Both the position numbers and the translations under genes were made by a program. Shown one piece after another: positions 1-10,497 of a DNA stretch of 64,000 nt. Under the pieces are notes generated by a model. That model was not told the DNA's origin. It ran no database searches and was given only the letters and a program-made list of their open reading frames with translations. Source of the stretch: Nemertoderma westbladi (Eukaryota > Animalia > Xenacoelomorpha); NCBI GenBank assembly GCA_032718475.1, contig JAUCBJ010000321.1:30994-94993 (forward strand). Reading direction: 5' to 3'. Position 1 is the stretch's first letter. Each line of letters starts with the position of its first letter.

Positions 1-883
1 GCTTTCCAGGATTTAGAAGTCACCGAGAATTAATCGGAAACTTAAGGTTCGATTATTTAGAGCAGCAGTAGTTCCAGTACTCCTCTATGGGAGTCCATGC
101 TGGGCTCTAACTGCTGATGACACCAAATCTCTGGATGGCACATTCACAAGAATGCTACGCCGGGTTCATCGCCGAGTACAATGCACACATCCATTTGAAA
201 GTCATCAGCAAGTCTCTGATCGGATGAGCATAAGCTCAAAGGATGGTATGCTTGAGCATGTGGACGACTTCTGTTACCTGGTATCATGGATCCGGAAGTC
301 TGGTGAGGACCTTCGAATACGTAAGGCAAAGGCATGGGCAGCCTTGGATAGGCTTTCCAGGATTTAGAAGTCACCGAGAATTAATCGGAAACTTAAGGTT
401 CGATTATTTAGAGCAGCAGTAGTTCCAGTACTCCTCTATGGGAGTCCATGCTGGGCTCTAACTGCTGATGACACCAAATCTCTGGATGGCACATTCACAA
501 GAATGCTACGCCGGGTTCATCGCCGAGTACAATGCACACATCTCCAACCAGACACTATATAACATTGGAGGTGTCTCATTGGTTCCATACCAAGCTTGAC
601 ACAAGAACAAAATCGCCTCCGCTTTGCAGGACATTGCTTTCGCCGTGGAGACCAGCCAGTGCATAATCTTGTACTTTGGCAGCCTCATGGAGTGAATAAG
701 CATGGTGGACAGCCCATGACTTTCTTGAGACGCATCTTAAAGGACACTGGCCTTGAAAATTCGGATAATCTAGTAAATGTCATGGGTGATAGGGAGTTGT
801 GGCGGCGCAATTTTGTCGACAAGCAGGTACAGCATTCTTAAAAATGCAGCTGCAATGCAGCATGCCGATCCTAGTAGTAGTAG
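1..883 (+). mobile_element. 3' fragment of RTE-clade non-LTR retrotransposon, degenerate, with internal ~351-bp tandem duplication and (TAG)n tail
   Basis: Broken ORFs give LEHVDDFCYL, IRKAKAWAAL and RLRFAGHCFR (post-RT region of RTE LINEs). Near-identical to 6713-7165. Bases 1-190 recur at 352-541. Ends in ctagtagtagtagt at ~871-883. Confidence 0.8.
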
Positions 884-2372
884 TCGGAAATAAAAAGCGG
901 GCCCGGAGCAACGTACAGTAATTGTGGAAAATCCGGGAGGCCCCCTTTATATTTTATGTGAAATAATTACTTGAATTACTTACACCAATTGTCAAAAAAC
1001 TGTTTTATTAACATTGGAGTGAAGGGGATGTCCCTTCCCTGCTTTGCGCCCTCACTCAACTCGGCTATCCGAGTCAGTTGTCAGCTTGATATGCAGGAAG
1101 CCAGATTTCAGATAACCAATAGACTTATAGAATCAACTCATCTTTACATCAAACTGGTCCACCAATTGTTAAATTATTTTAATGTTCTGGAATGAATATT
1201 TACGAAGTTGTCTCGTTTTAATCAACATGAAGGGATCCGAATAACAAGGTGATGGTTTAACTACTGTAGTCTAAGTTAAGAAAATTGCCCAGGGGGCCAT
1301 TTCCGGGCCTCCTGGGCATCTCCCGGGCCCGGAGATTTTGCCCCCCTCCTCTCGGGAGCGCTGCCCCCCCCCCCCCCCCCCCCTCCCCACTATCTGCCAA
1401 AAATATATAAAGCAACGTGTCTTTCTATTATTTGAATTTCATTGGCTATGGAGTAGTATGGAACCTTTTAGGATGATCTACCTATGGATGGAGGGAAATT
1501 TGAAAAAGTAGGTAAAGAGCTAAATCACTCCTACCATAATATAGTGATACAGCTGGATAGGCCTAGCAGCCCTGCAGTCTCAGAATCTCTAGCCTAGCAT
1601 ACATACACTAGTACACATAACTACAGACGAGGACCGGTATGTTTTCATATCTATATTTACCACACATCCATACATCTGATCTATGTACAATTTGTTATTT
1701 ATAAAATATACAATTTTATTATACAATATACAATTTTGTTATAAAATATACAATTTTATTATACAATATACAATTTGGTTCTACTTCATGTCAGATAGGG
1801 AGTGGGGGGGGGGGGGGGGGGGGGGGCTGGTCTCAATAAAAATTCATCCCTCACCAGGGGAAATTCGACGCAAATAATAGCTGTTTACTCTCAAAAATAA
1901 AACTGTAACCTGTTCTATTGTAGGTATTTAGTTTATTGTTTTGGTTAAAATAACGTGCCACTCTAACCTGCTCCTTTTCCTAAATTGAGAATTTAACATT
2001 GAGGCGGGATATTAATTCGCCAAGATGGGATTTGCGTCCAGTCACCCCCTCCCCTGTCTCACATCAGTACTGGCACATTTAACCAAAACAATATAGGCCC
2101 TACTAAACTTTACTTGTTGATATGCGACCAATTTGCGGTGGAGAACACTTTTTAGTCAATGTGCGCCACTATTCGCGTTATATGAATTTCAGTGTTTGAC
2201 AGAGGACATAGATACAAAGATTACAGTATTTATTTATAATAATATTATAATTTTTTCTTATAATACACAGCAGTAATTATTGATTTATTATTGTAATATT
2301 ATGTTGACTGCGTACCACCGGTACCTCAGCGCTCGGTTGATGATGCACTGATACAGTTTGCTAGTTTTGGAT

Positions 2373-3068
2373 ATGACTTACAACGCTTTTGTCGCCAGTC
2401 GTAAAACATGGTTGGGGTCCGTACTAAACAACGGAATGGGCCGATATGTTCCGCAGTGTTCTAGAATAACTTTACGATTCAGTCAGAACGGCGGTGGTAG
2501 TAAAGGAATTCGTGATTACATACAGAACGAAATGGTTGAGTTTGCTAAAGCGAATCCTTCTATTGTGGTTTATCTAGACCCCCGGTTTACCCACTGTCCC
2601 CTAATAATCGGGGAATTTATGAACGGCACGACAAGAGAAATACTCGCTAATAAGTTTACACTCAAACACGTTGCAGAAACGCTTTACTTAATGCGAGGGA
2701 TGTCTGGACTAGAAGTTCTACGAACAATTAAACCTAATCGATCAAACTCCCCGTCTATACAGGGACAGTGGCATCCGTTCGCGTGGCTACCGGTACCGGG
2801 GGGGCGGGCTGACTGGCCGGAGTTGGATGTCGGCCCGTCCCGCTCCGTGGAACGAGTTGGGATATCTCCGGACCACCTCGGGGCTGCAGTAGAGACCCCG
2901 CTTCGCTCCAATCCCGAGAACGTCTCCAAGGGATCCAGGGATCGCAGTAGGGATTGGGATCCGGCCAGTAGAGATCCAGATTATGCCGTTAATGTGATTC
3001 ACACAAAGAGGACGACAGACACGAAACAGTATTGGAGGAAAATAGGAAAGACAAAGAGGATGAAGTAA
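2373..3068 (+). CDS. MRPL43: 39S mitochondrial ribosomal protein L43 (mL43), intronless, with ~95-aa C-terminal extension
   Basis: Protein has NGMGRYVPQCSRITLRF, SKGIRDYI, FAKANPSIVVY, GEFMNG and SPSIQGQWHPF, the recognisable MRPL43 motifs. First in-frame ATG is 2373 (the ORF-track start at 2358 is TTG). Stop TAA at 3066-3068. Confidence 0.92.
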   Translation: MTYNAFVASRKTWLGSVLNNGMGRYVPQCSRITLRFSQNGGGSKGIRDYIQNEMVEFAKANPSIVVYLDPRFTHCPLIIGEFMNGTTREILANKFTLKHVAETLYLMRGMSGLEVLRTIKPNRSNSPSIQGQWHPFAWLPVPGGRADWPELDVGPSRSVERVGISPDHLGAAVETPLRSNPENVSKGSRDRSRDWDPASRDPDYAVNVIHTKRTTDTKQYWRKIGKTKRMK

Positions 3069-3552
3069 TGTACCAGTAGTCTCGATTTCCTAACTTTATT
3101 TGTAGTAACTCAATGAAACCATAGTCCACTGTATGTTGCAATTATGCGCTTCATACAATTATTTACATGAGATGAACTTTTATAGTATTGTTGTAAATAT
3201 GATTTCTCTGGTTCTTCACAATCGAATTTACAAACTGAATATATAAAACTTGAAAATTTATAGGTACCGGTCTCATATTCTTCGACCGCTGTTTTCAATG
3301 TTGATAGCCAAGCAATATTTTTTGTGAACCTGAAATTTTGGCCATATAATTTAATCGCAAAATCCTAAATATTGAAAAACATTAATTTTCAAATTCTAAG
3401 AGATCTGAGTCGTTATATTTTTGTCGCAATTACGACAAGCAAGCCCCATTCGCTGTCGAACCAAACCCCTTTAGAGGCCTGTGGTACGTTTAATCTCTAT
3501 CGAAGTAAAAATCTACAAAGTAAATTAACTAAAATAACTATTTATTTACATC

Positions 3553-3677
3553 AAATTGTGTGAAATGTGACACTTTTTGACCCGAGAGTATTTATGTACC
3601 AGGTGAGCGCAGCGAGGGATGTTTACATAAATAAATAAGGGTCGATCAAGGCAGAATAGTGACCTTTTCATACAATT
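3553..3677. repeat. Imperfect palindromic non-autonomous element with central GAGCGCAGCGAG motif
   Basis: aattgtgtgaaa..cact..gaccc..tatttatgta on the left is mirrored by tacataaata..gggtc..agtg..tttcatacaatt on the right. Confidence 0.45.
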
Positions 3678-3757
3678 ACGTGTGTTTGTGTGTTCGAAGT
3701 ATTATAATTCAATTCCATCGCTTCCTCAGAGTATATAGGGTGCATTCACAAAGGTGT

Positions 3758-4275
3758 TAGGCCCGGGTCACACATGAGCTTTCAACTTTCGGATAACTAA
3801 GTCCCGGTTCACACATAAACATTCAACTTTCAGCTCATAAAAATTATTGTATATATTGCTTAGACCAGATATAAAGGGTTGAACAATATTCAGTTGGCAG
3901 TTATAAAAATCTGTATTGTTTTCTATATTATAAGTGTTTTTTATTTTATCTAAAGTGATAATTTTTAATATGGATAACTAAATCGATGACGTAATATTAG
4001 CATAATTCTGCCTTACATAGGCGGCGAAATAAACGCCGATATTGGGTTGAACTGATCAATCAAAAAAGGTTGTTGTACTGCGTTATCGAAAAACTTTATC
4101 AAGATTTGCGGGCAGATGTTATAAAAGAAATAAAGGGAATTTTTTAATTACATATACGAGAATGTCAATTTCATCCTTTGATGAATTACTCTCATCTATA
4201 GAACCCCATATATAGAGAGAGATACCAACTGAAGGAAGTTTATACCGGGCAATGCAAGACTTCTAACTTTAAAGG
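3758..4275 (+). mobile_element. Degenerate PIF/Harbinger transposon fragment (terminal motif plus transposase remnant)
   Basis: Two ggcccg(g/t)tcacac-like termini near 3760 and 3800. Bases ~4158-4275 translate, with a stop and a frameshift, to RMSISSFDELLSSIEPHI*..DTN*RKFIP..RLLTL, resembling the N-terminal part of HARBI1-like transposases. Confidence 0.55.
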
Positions 4276-4289
4276 TAATACCTATTTAC

Positions 4290-4912
4290 ATACTTTGTGT
4301 GTAAAGTAGCACTTTACAGTGTGATGATCCGAGTGCTGTAACACGAACGAATGTAGTGAGTGAGTGAATGGAAATAAAGCCACGAGGATCAGAACACTTT
4401 AAAGTACTTTGCAACAAGTATGCATGTTGTTTTATTCCAAAATTTTAACATTACGAAATGATTGTACATATACATTATAAGTGATAGAAACTGCACAAAT
4501 TAAATTAGTTTCTGTATAAAATAAATGTAAAAATGACATAAATTATGTTATGAATAAGTTAGCTTATATTTATGGTGGCGTTTGGAGCCATGTTATAATA
4601 ATATAGCTAGGCCCAACTGGTTATTAATAGCTATACCCCGCCTACCGGTAGGTAATGCAGTAGGCCTATCTGGCTGTCAGGCAAATTTCTACCTATTGTT
4701 TACGTGGTAACCAATGACGGCGTTAAGTAATGTCCCCTTAGTGGACATTACTTAACGGCGTCATTGGTTACCACGTTACCAATAACACCAAATACAATAC
4801 TAAATGTACAGGCCAATACAATGCTGTAATGTCCTCTAAAGTTGTAAAGTTGTAAATAACAACTCGCTGTTAATACTAACGGCGTTGAGGAATGTTACAA
4901 TTTTGGAATAAA
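4290..4912. repeat. Nested inverted-repeat element including a 34-bp-arm hairpin (4702-4776)
   Basis: acgtggtaaccaatgacggcgttaagtaatgtcc / ggacattacttaacggcgtcattggttaccacgt has 1 mismatch and a 7-nt loop. Outer arms tttattccaaaattttaacatt (~4432) and aatgttacaattttggaataaa (~4891). A further imperfect palindrome lies at ~4290-4421. Confidence 0.7.
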
Positions 4913-5283
4913 GTATATAACATAAATCGTATATACTGTAGCTGCTATAATTTATAAACATTACTTACTTCTGATTGGTTGTCAATGCTGGGAATGCCAG
5001 CTTTCAACTTTCAACTTTAAGAAAGATAGAACATAGGACGGGTGCATTTTGAAAGTCCCCATAGGCTACAATATGTTATATCTTTTAGTTGAAAGTTGAA
5101 AATTGAAATTGGTGTGATAATATGGTTTATTTATTAAATAGAATAAAATAGCCTCGCACAGTTGCAAAACCATGTAACTTTTGAACGCCTGTATCTCAGA
5201 TATTTTACGACGAAATTCAGATTGTGTTACATATTTGGAATCCTTGCACGGCACGGTCAGGTATTCTAGGTCATTGATCAAGA

Positions 5284-7167
5284 AAATTTGCCACCTCCAT
5301 GCAGCATAAAGGAGGTGCCACCTGTGGCTGCATAGACCCTTTCACTAGGGCAAATCTGGTCCGGTAACTAGGACCCCCTTCGTTCTGGGATAAGGACGCC
5401 CTTGGTCCTGGATTAAGGACCCATATACTTGGCTGCAGGGGTATATGGCCTGGCCAGGCAGATGGTGATCTACCAATGGCTGGTCAGGAGTAGAGTATTC
5501 TCATGTCCACTCTGAGTGCACTTCACTGCGACCTGCACCTGGCAGCAGGGGTAGGCCTACAGCGCATGGTCCAGCAAATGAGCTGCACAGCCAATGGTGG
5601 GTCATGTGCGTCAGAGTAGGTATGGGTGATGGGCCTCATATCTGACTCCACTGCGACACCCACCCTGTGGAATGGCAAACCAGGGTGTCCTTTCTGACCC
5701 AAACCCTGGGTCACCAGGGAGGCCAGATTGTGAGGGGGAGAGGGATTCTGGAGTTGGAGGCTACTCTCATGTTCCACCCCGACCAACTAAGCCATTGGTG
5801 AATCTGAGGCAAGTCACTAGACTAGCCTCACTTAACACCCTAACACTCAGGTGAGCTGACTGCCTTGGCAGATAAGCTTTCTCTTAGTGCATTAGCGGAG
5901 TGGTAATTCAAGAGCACCGAATGCAGACTGGACAGACTGATGAGGTTCTGATTAAGGACATGGGGGGTGGTTGGCGACTCGCCCTCGCATCAGCAGATGA
6001 TAGTGGCAATGGTGGAATTGGTCTATTGCTGAATCCAACTGCACATGCAGCATTGGAATCTCATTAATAGAACTAAACAATAGAATTCTATTAAATCGTA
6101 TCAGGGATCCCATTGAGAGACTGCTCCGTGGAAACCAGAATGGGTTCCGTAAAGGTCGTGGGACCACGGAGCCCATTTTGGCACTTAGAAGGATAATTTA
6201 AGAGTTATCAAAAAAGAAAGACAGACATCTGGCTGTTATCTTTGTTGACTTCTTCAAGGCCTTTGATTCAGTCTCTCGCTCACGTATGTTCAGCATACTT
6301 TCATTATATTGGATTCCTGGTGAAATTATTGCAGCAATCAGATCAGTATACGATGGTTCGACAACATTTGTGTCTACTGTTGATGGTGAGACAGAACCAT
6401 TTGAAGTATTATGGGGAGTCTTCCAAGGAGACACACTTGCGCCATTCTTGTTCCTAATTGTGGTTGACTAATGTTCTACACATGTCCTTAGATCATCATA
6501 ATGATGATGGGGTGATGATAACTCCACCTACTGGTTCCAGAAGTCGAGGAAATCCTGCCAAGTACCTAACTGATCTTGACTTTGCTGATGACTTAGGAGT
6601 ACTCTCAGAATCACTAGACGGAGCCCAACGGCTCCTTAGCTCTTTAGAACAGACTGCTTCTAGTGTTGGTCTTTTTATTAACTCCAAAAAGACCAAAATT
6701 TTGACAGTTAACTTTGAAAGTCCTCAGCAAGTCTCTGACCGGATGAGCATAAGCTCAAAGGATGGTATACTTGAGCATGTGGACGACTTCTGTTACCTGG
6801 GATCCGGAAGTCAGGTGAGGACCTTCGTATACGTAAGGGAAAAGCATGGGCATCCTTGAATAGGCTTTCCAGGATTTGGAAGTCACAGAGAATTAATCGA
6901 AAACTTAAGGTCCGATTATTTAGAGCAGCAGTAGTTACAGTACGCCTCTATGGGAGTCCATGCTGGGCTCTAACTGCTGAGGACACCAAATCTTTGGATG
7001 GCACATTCACAAGAATGCTACGCCGTTTTCATTGTGTCAAGTACAATGCACACATCTTCAACCAGCCACTATATAACATTGGAGATGTCTCATTGGTTTC
7101 CCCAAGCGTGACACTGGATCAAAGTCGCCTCCGCTTTGCAGGACATTGCTTTCGCCGTGAGGACCAG
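5284..7167 (+). mobile_element. RTE-clade LINE, internally deleted and frameshifted (GC-rich 5' region plus RT domain)
   Basis: Fragments NQNGFRKGR, IFVDFFKAFDS, GVFQGDTLAPFLF, LTDLDFADD, DFCYLGS and RLRFAGHCFRR across several frames. The endonuclease region appears to be missing. The 5' boundary is approximate. Confidence 0.85.
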
Positions 7168-7647
7168 GGGACTGGTGCAATATCTCAGGAGATACTTTTT
7201 TTAAAGGCTTGTAACTAAAGATTGAAATAAAAAATAGGGGGGGGGGGATGTGTAATAGAATTACTGTACGACACTATATTCCGGGGCATGGCGTTGTTGT
7301 ATGTATAAAACGATACAATTATCCCAGTTCAATAACTTCTCAAATTAGCACGAAATTCCGTAACGATCTGGTTTGAAATTCCGTAACGATACCAATAAAG
7401 CTGTAACTCCAAATTGCTCAGTAAATCTGCTTAATCTTTACCATGACGGGCATTTTGAACATCTCTTCTTACGCGCAATATGTTTAGTTAAAATTCAAAA
7501 CTCAATAATTCGCAGAACTTTCACTTTAAAAAAATTCCAAAAACCTCTTGTCTTTTTTTGTTTAATTCCGTGTGTAATTCTTATCAGAATAATTTTTCGC
7601 CAAGGAAAGGAACAGGTTGCAGAGACAGGTGGGGGAAGTTATGAACG

Positions 7648-7932
7648 CCCATGTGAAGAATACCAGGATTTCACTTTTCGGTCGACTTTTTATTGGAATT
7701 TTATATATGAAGATTTTATATTTTTTTAAATTTATCTTTATTAAGTGTTTTATTGAGCTTATTACTGTCGTATCTGTACATACTGTATACTAATTAGTTT
7801 ATTGTTTTGGTTAGATTTCAGCCCTTCTGGCCTTCTGTAAACTTTGTTTTTGGTGAAAACCTGGTATTCTTCACATGGGGGTACCTTCAAGGTGAAATAT
7901 AACGGCAGAAAGTCTGGTATTCTTCACATGGG
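7648..7932. mobile_element. MITE-like element with cccatgtgaagaataccagg terminal inverted repeats (copy 1)
   Basis: cccatgtgaagaataccagg at 7648 is inverted at ~7860-7879 and partly again at ~7914-7932. A related copy lies at 46965-47282. Confidence 0.6.
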
Positions 7933-8960
7933 CCGTTATGAACATTGTATAGTTCAATTGAATTCGAAATCTCCAAGAAAAATGCTTTATGCCAATGTGG
8001 CTTCATTGGTTAGCGACTCTGGTGAAGCCTAAAACGCGTATAGCGCTCGATCAACCAGCGACCCAGTGACGTGCTTCCTCATTATTTACATTTCTGAACA
8101 AAATGTTATAACATAGTTTTTAAGCCATGCCAATAATATTAATATCTACTGTATCAAGGCCTAACTCCTTTGTCTTGACTATGTGGTAAATATATAAGTT
8201 ATATCGGGTCAGGTCTCAGGTGTATTGCGAACAGTCTGGTTAGAGTTTCTTAATTGGATGGAAATTAAGTAGATCTCGGAGGGGAATGATTACTTGTTTT
8301 AAATACTTCGTCAGCTGATTTAATACGTACTGCCAAAGTCAATGTTCGTTGCCTGGCACCATATACAACTGTCCGCTAAATCAACTATTCTGATAACATA
8401 GGCATACAGTGTACTGCTGTAGGCCTAATATTGTACCCGGTATCGGTAACGCCATGGCCAAGGTACTACTGCTGTACTCTAGTTGTACCCTAGTACCCAA
8501 GCATGTATGTATAATATTGATAGATGTTAGGCCCTACAACTACAGACAGCAGTTATTACAGCCGTAATAGTTAATTAAATCTAAATTACAACAAATTGAG
8601 CAGCAAGAACAGTAGTTTAGAGATCAGTTACAGCAGTACGGTAGCGGTGGGTAGGTCTACGCCTCGCATACAGTAAATGCACGTCATTCATCACTAACCC
8701 AGAATTTAAAGGCCCTTTTAAGTAAACCTTTGAGGTTTGCGATATTGATTTAGTTCCACCACAATACTACCGGTACACGTGTATGTCTGAATTTATTCAC
8801 CAACGATCAACGACTAACGACACTGTTCAGCAATCTGTATTTATAGTTCAGTAGTTCACTTGCTCGTTTTAAGTAGCCGGCAACATTGTGGCCCACTACC
8901 GTAGTGTAGCGGCGCTAGTTTACGCGAAATTGTTATACTCTCTATCTGTTCATTATATTT

Positions 8961-9722
8961 ATGGCGTCAATTAACCCGCTTTCCAACCCAAAAGGCGTCC
9001 AGCTGCTATGCGAACTCTGTAAGAAACCAGCTTACCTACAATGCACGCGGTGTCGAGTTGCGTACTACTGTAGCTCAGAACACCAAAGGATTGACTATGT
9101 CGGCATCCACGAGAAGATATGCCAGTTGCTGATCCCGCTCCGACAGACAGGAGAGCCTTTCCTACAATCGGAGGAAGAGAGAGAGAACCGCAGACTCGCG
9201 TTGCTTACCCGCAAACAGCATATGATCGACCTTACGCGAACCACAGGTCAGAAACTCCTGTTCCAGGGATCCTTCACTGAGGCTGTCCCGGCAGCTCTAC
9301 AGTCGCTTGCGTTCAGCATCGACGTCTACGGACTGACTAGCGTCGAGTTGGTTCCTTCCTACCTGATCCTCGGTGAGGCGTCTATCGGCCTGGGACGGCT
9401 GGAACAGGCCGAGGAGTATCTCTCTCAGGCCCAGTGGACCGTCCTAAAATCTATCGACTGCGGGAACTTCTTTAAATCCCGTCTCTACCGCATTCTCGGT
9501 CTCCTCTACTCAACCAAGGGGGATTGCGACGAGGCGCTTAGGAACTTTGCCGACGACGTCTTCCACGCTTCAGAGGAATTTGGTACCGACGATATTCGCA
9601 CATCCGGTGGATATTACCATATGGCAAATGTGTTCTGGAAGTTGGAACAACCGGAAACCGCAAACAGTTTGTATCAACACGTTACTGAAATTTGGGCTGG
9701 TCATTTACGTCGAATGGTAAAG
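8961..9722 (+). CDS. ZMYND12: Zinc finger MYND domain-containing protein 12, exon 1
   Basis: NPLSNPKGVQLLCELCKKPAYLQCTRCRVAYYCSSEHQRIDYVGIHEKICQLL (MYND finger) followed by TPR-like helices (ELVPSYLILGEASIGLGRLEQAEEYLSQAQWTVLKS). Donor AAG|GTTGGT at 9722/9723, phase 0. Confidence 0.9.
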
Positions 9723-9812
9723 GTTGGTCAATTAATATTAGAGAGTAGAGGAATCCGGATGAGATTTACAAACTTCCATTGTATTTATTTTCCCAATTTT
9801 CTACCTTGGCAG

Positions 9813-9983
9813 ATACGATTACAGACTCCTGCGACACCCAAAGGCGTCGGACCCGAAGGCTCCGACAATGGGGTTGAGAAGCAGTTGGATGAGATGCTTG
9901 ACGAAGCCCAAGAGGCGGAGGCAGTGCAAGTTCTCTCCCACATATACAATCAGAGACGGGACGATACCGACACAAAAGCCGAT
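9813..9983 (+). CDS. ZMYND12: ZMYND12 exon 2
   Basis: Polypyrimidine tract plus CAG ends at 9812 (90-nt intron). Encodes IRLQTP...LDEAQEAEAVQVLSHIYNQR...KAD, including the conserved LDEAQEAEA motif. Donor GAT|GTTAGT at 9983/9984, phase 0. Confidence 0.78.
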
Positions 9984-10497
9984 GTTAGTAACCCAAACTA
10001 CTCAGTGAGGGGGGCTGTAAAGGGGCGAAACACAACTGAAAAGCACTGTCACTTTAACCTGCTTCTTTCCCACAATATTAAATATGAAACAAATGCACTA
10101 CTGTAATACCTACGACTGTATAATAGACTTCATGTTTTAATTAAATTTAATGGAATATCTTATTTATTACTTTACTAATTCTCACACCGCGCGGGGGTGT
10201 ATCTTTACTTTAATTTAAAAAATTAACTAAAAAAATATCCTCGCACAAATGCAACTTTCGAACGCCAATATTCGCCCTATTTTGCAACGAAATCGAGATT
10301 GTGTTTCATATTTGGAGTCCTTGCGTGGCCAGGATTCCGAACAATGACCTACTACAATATTATTATTATAATTAGTTATATTTTAATATATCTTAAAACT
10401 TATGAATCCTTCGCTTCATTATCTGTATAAAGCGCTATTTTCTCTGTATTTTCATTATGTGGTTCGAATTCATTTTATTTTATTTATGCTGAACAGC

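Noticed and set aside
5937-5975. CTGATGAG hammerhead-like core in the RTE 5' region
   Set aside because: No GAAA or compatible stems follow.
9984-10106. Tail of the 381-aa ORF as the ZMYND12 C-terminus
   Set aside because: It starts at a GTTAGT donor and lacks resemblance to the family. The exon at 15760-15987 fits better, though this is unproven without transcripts.
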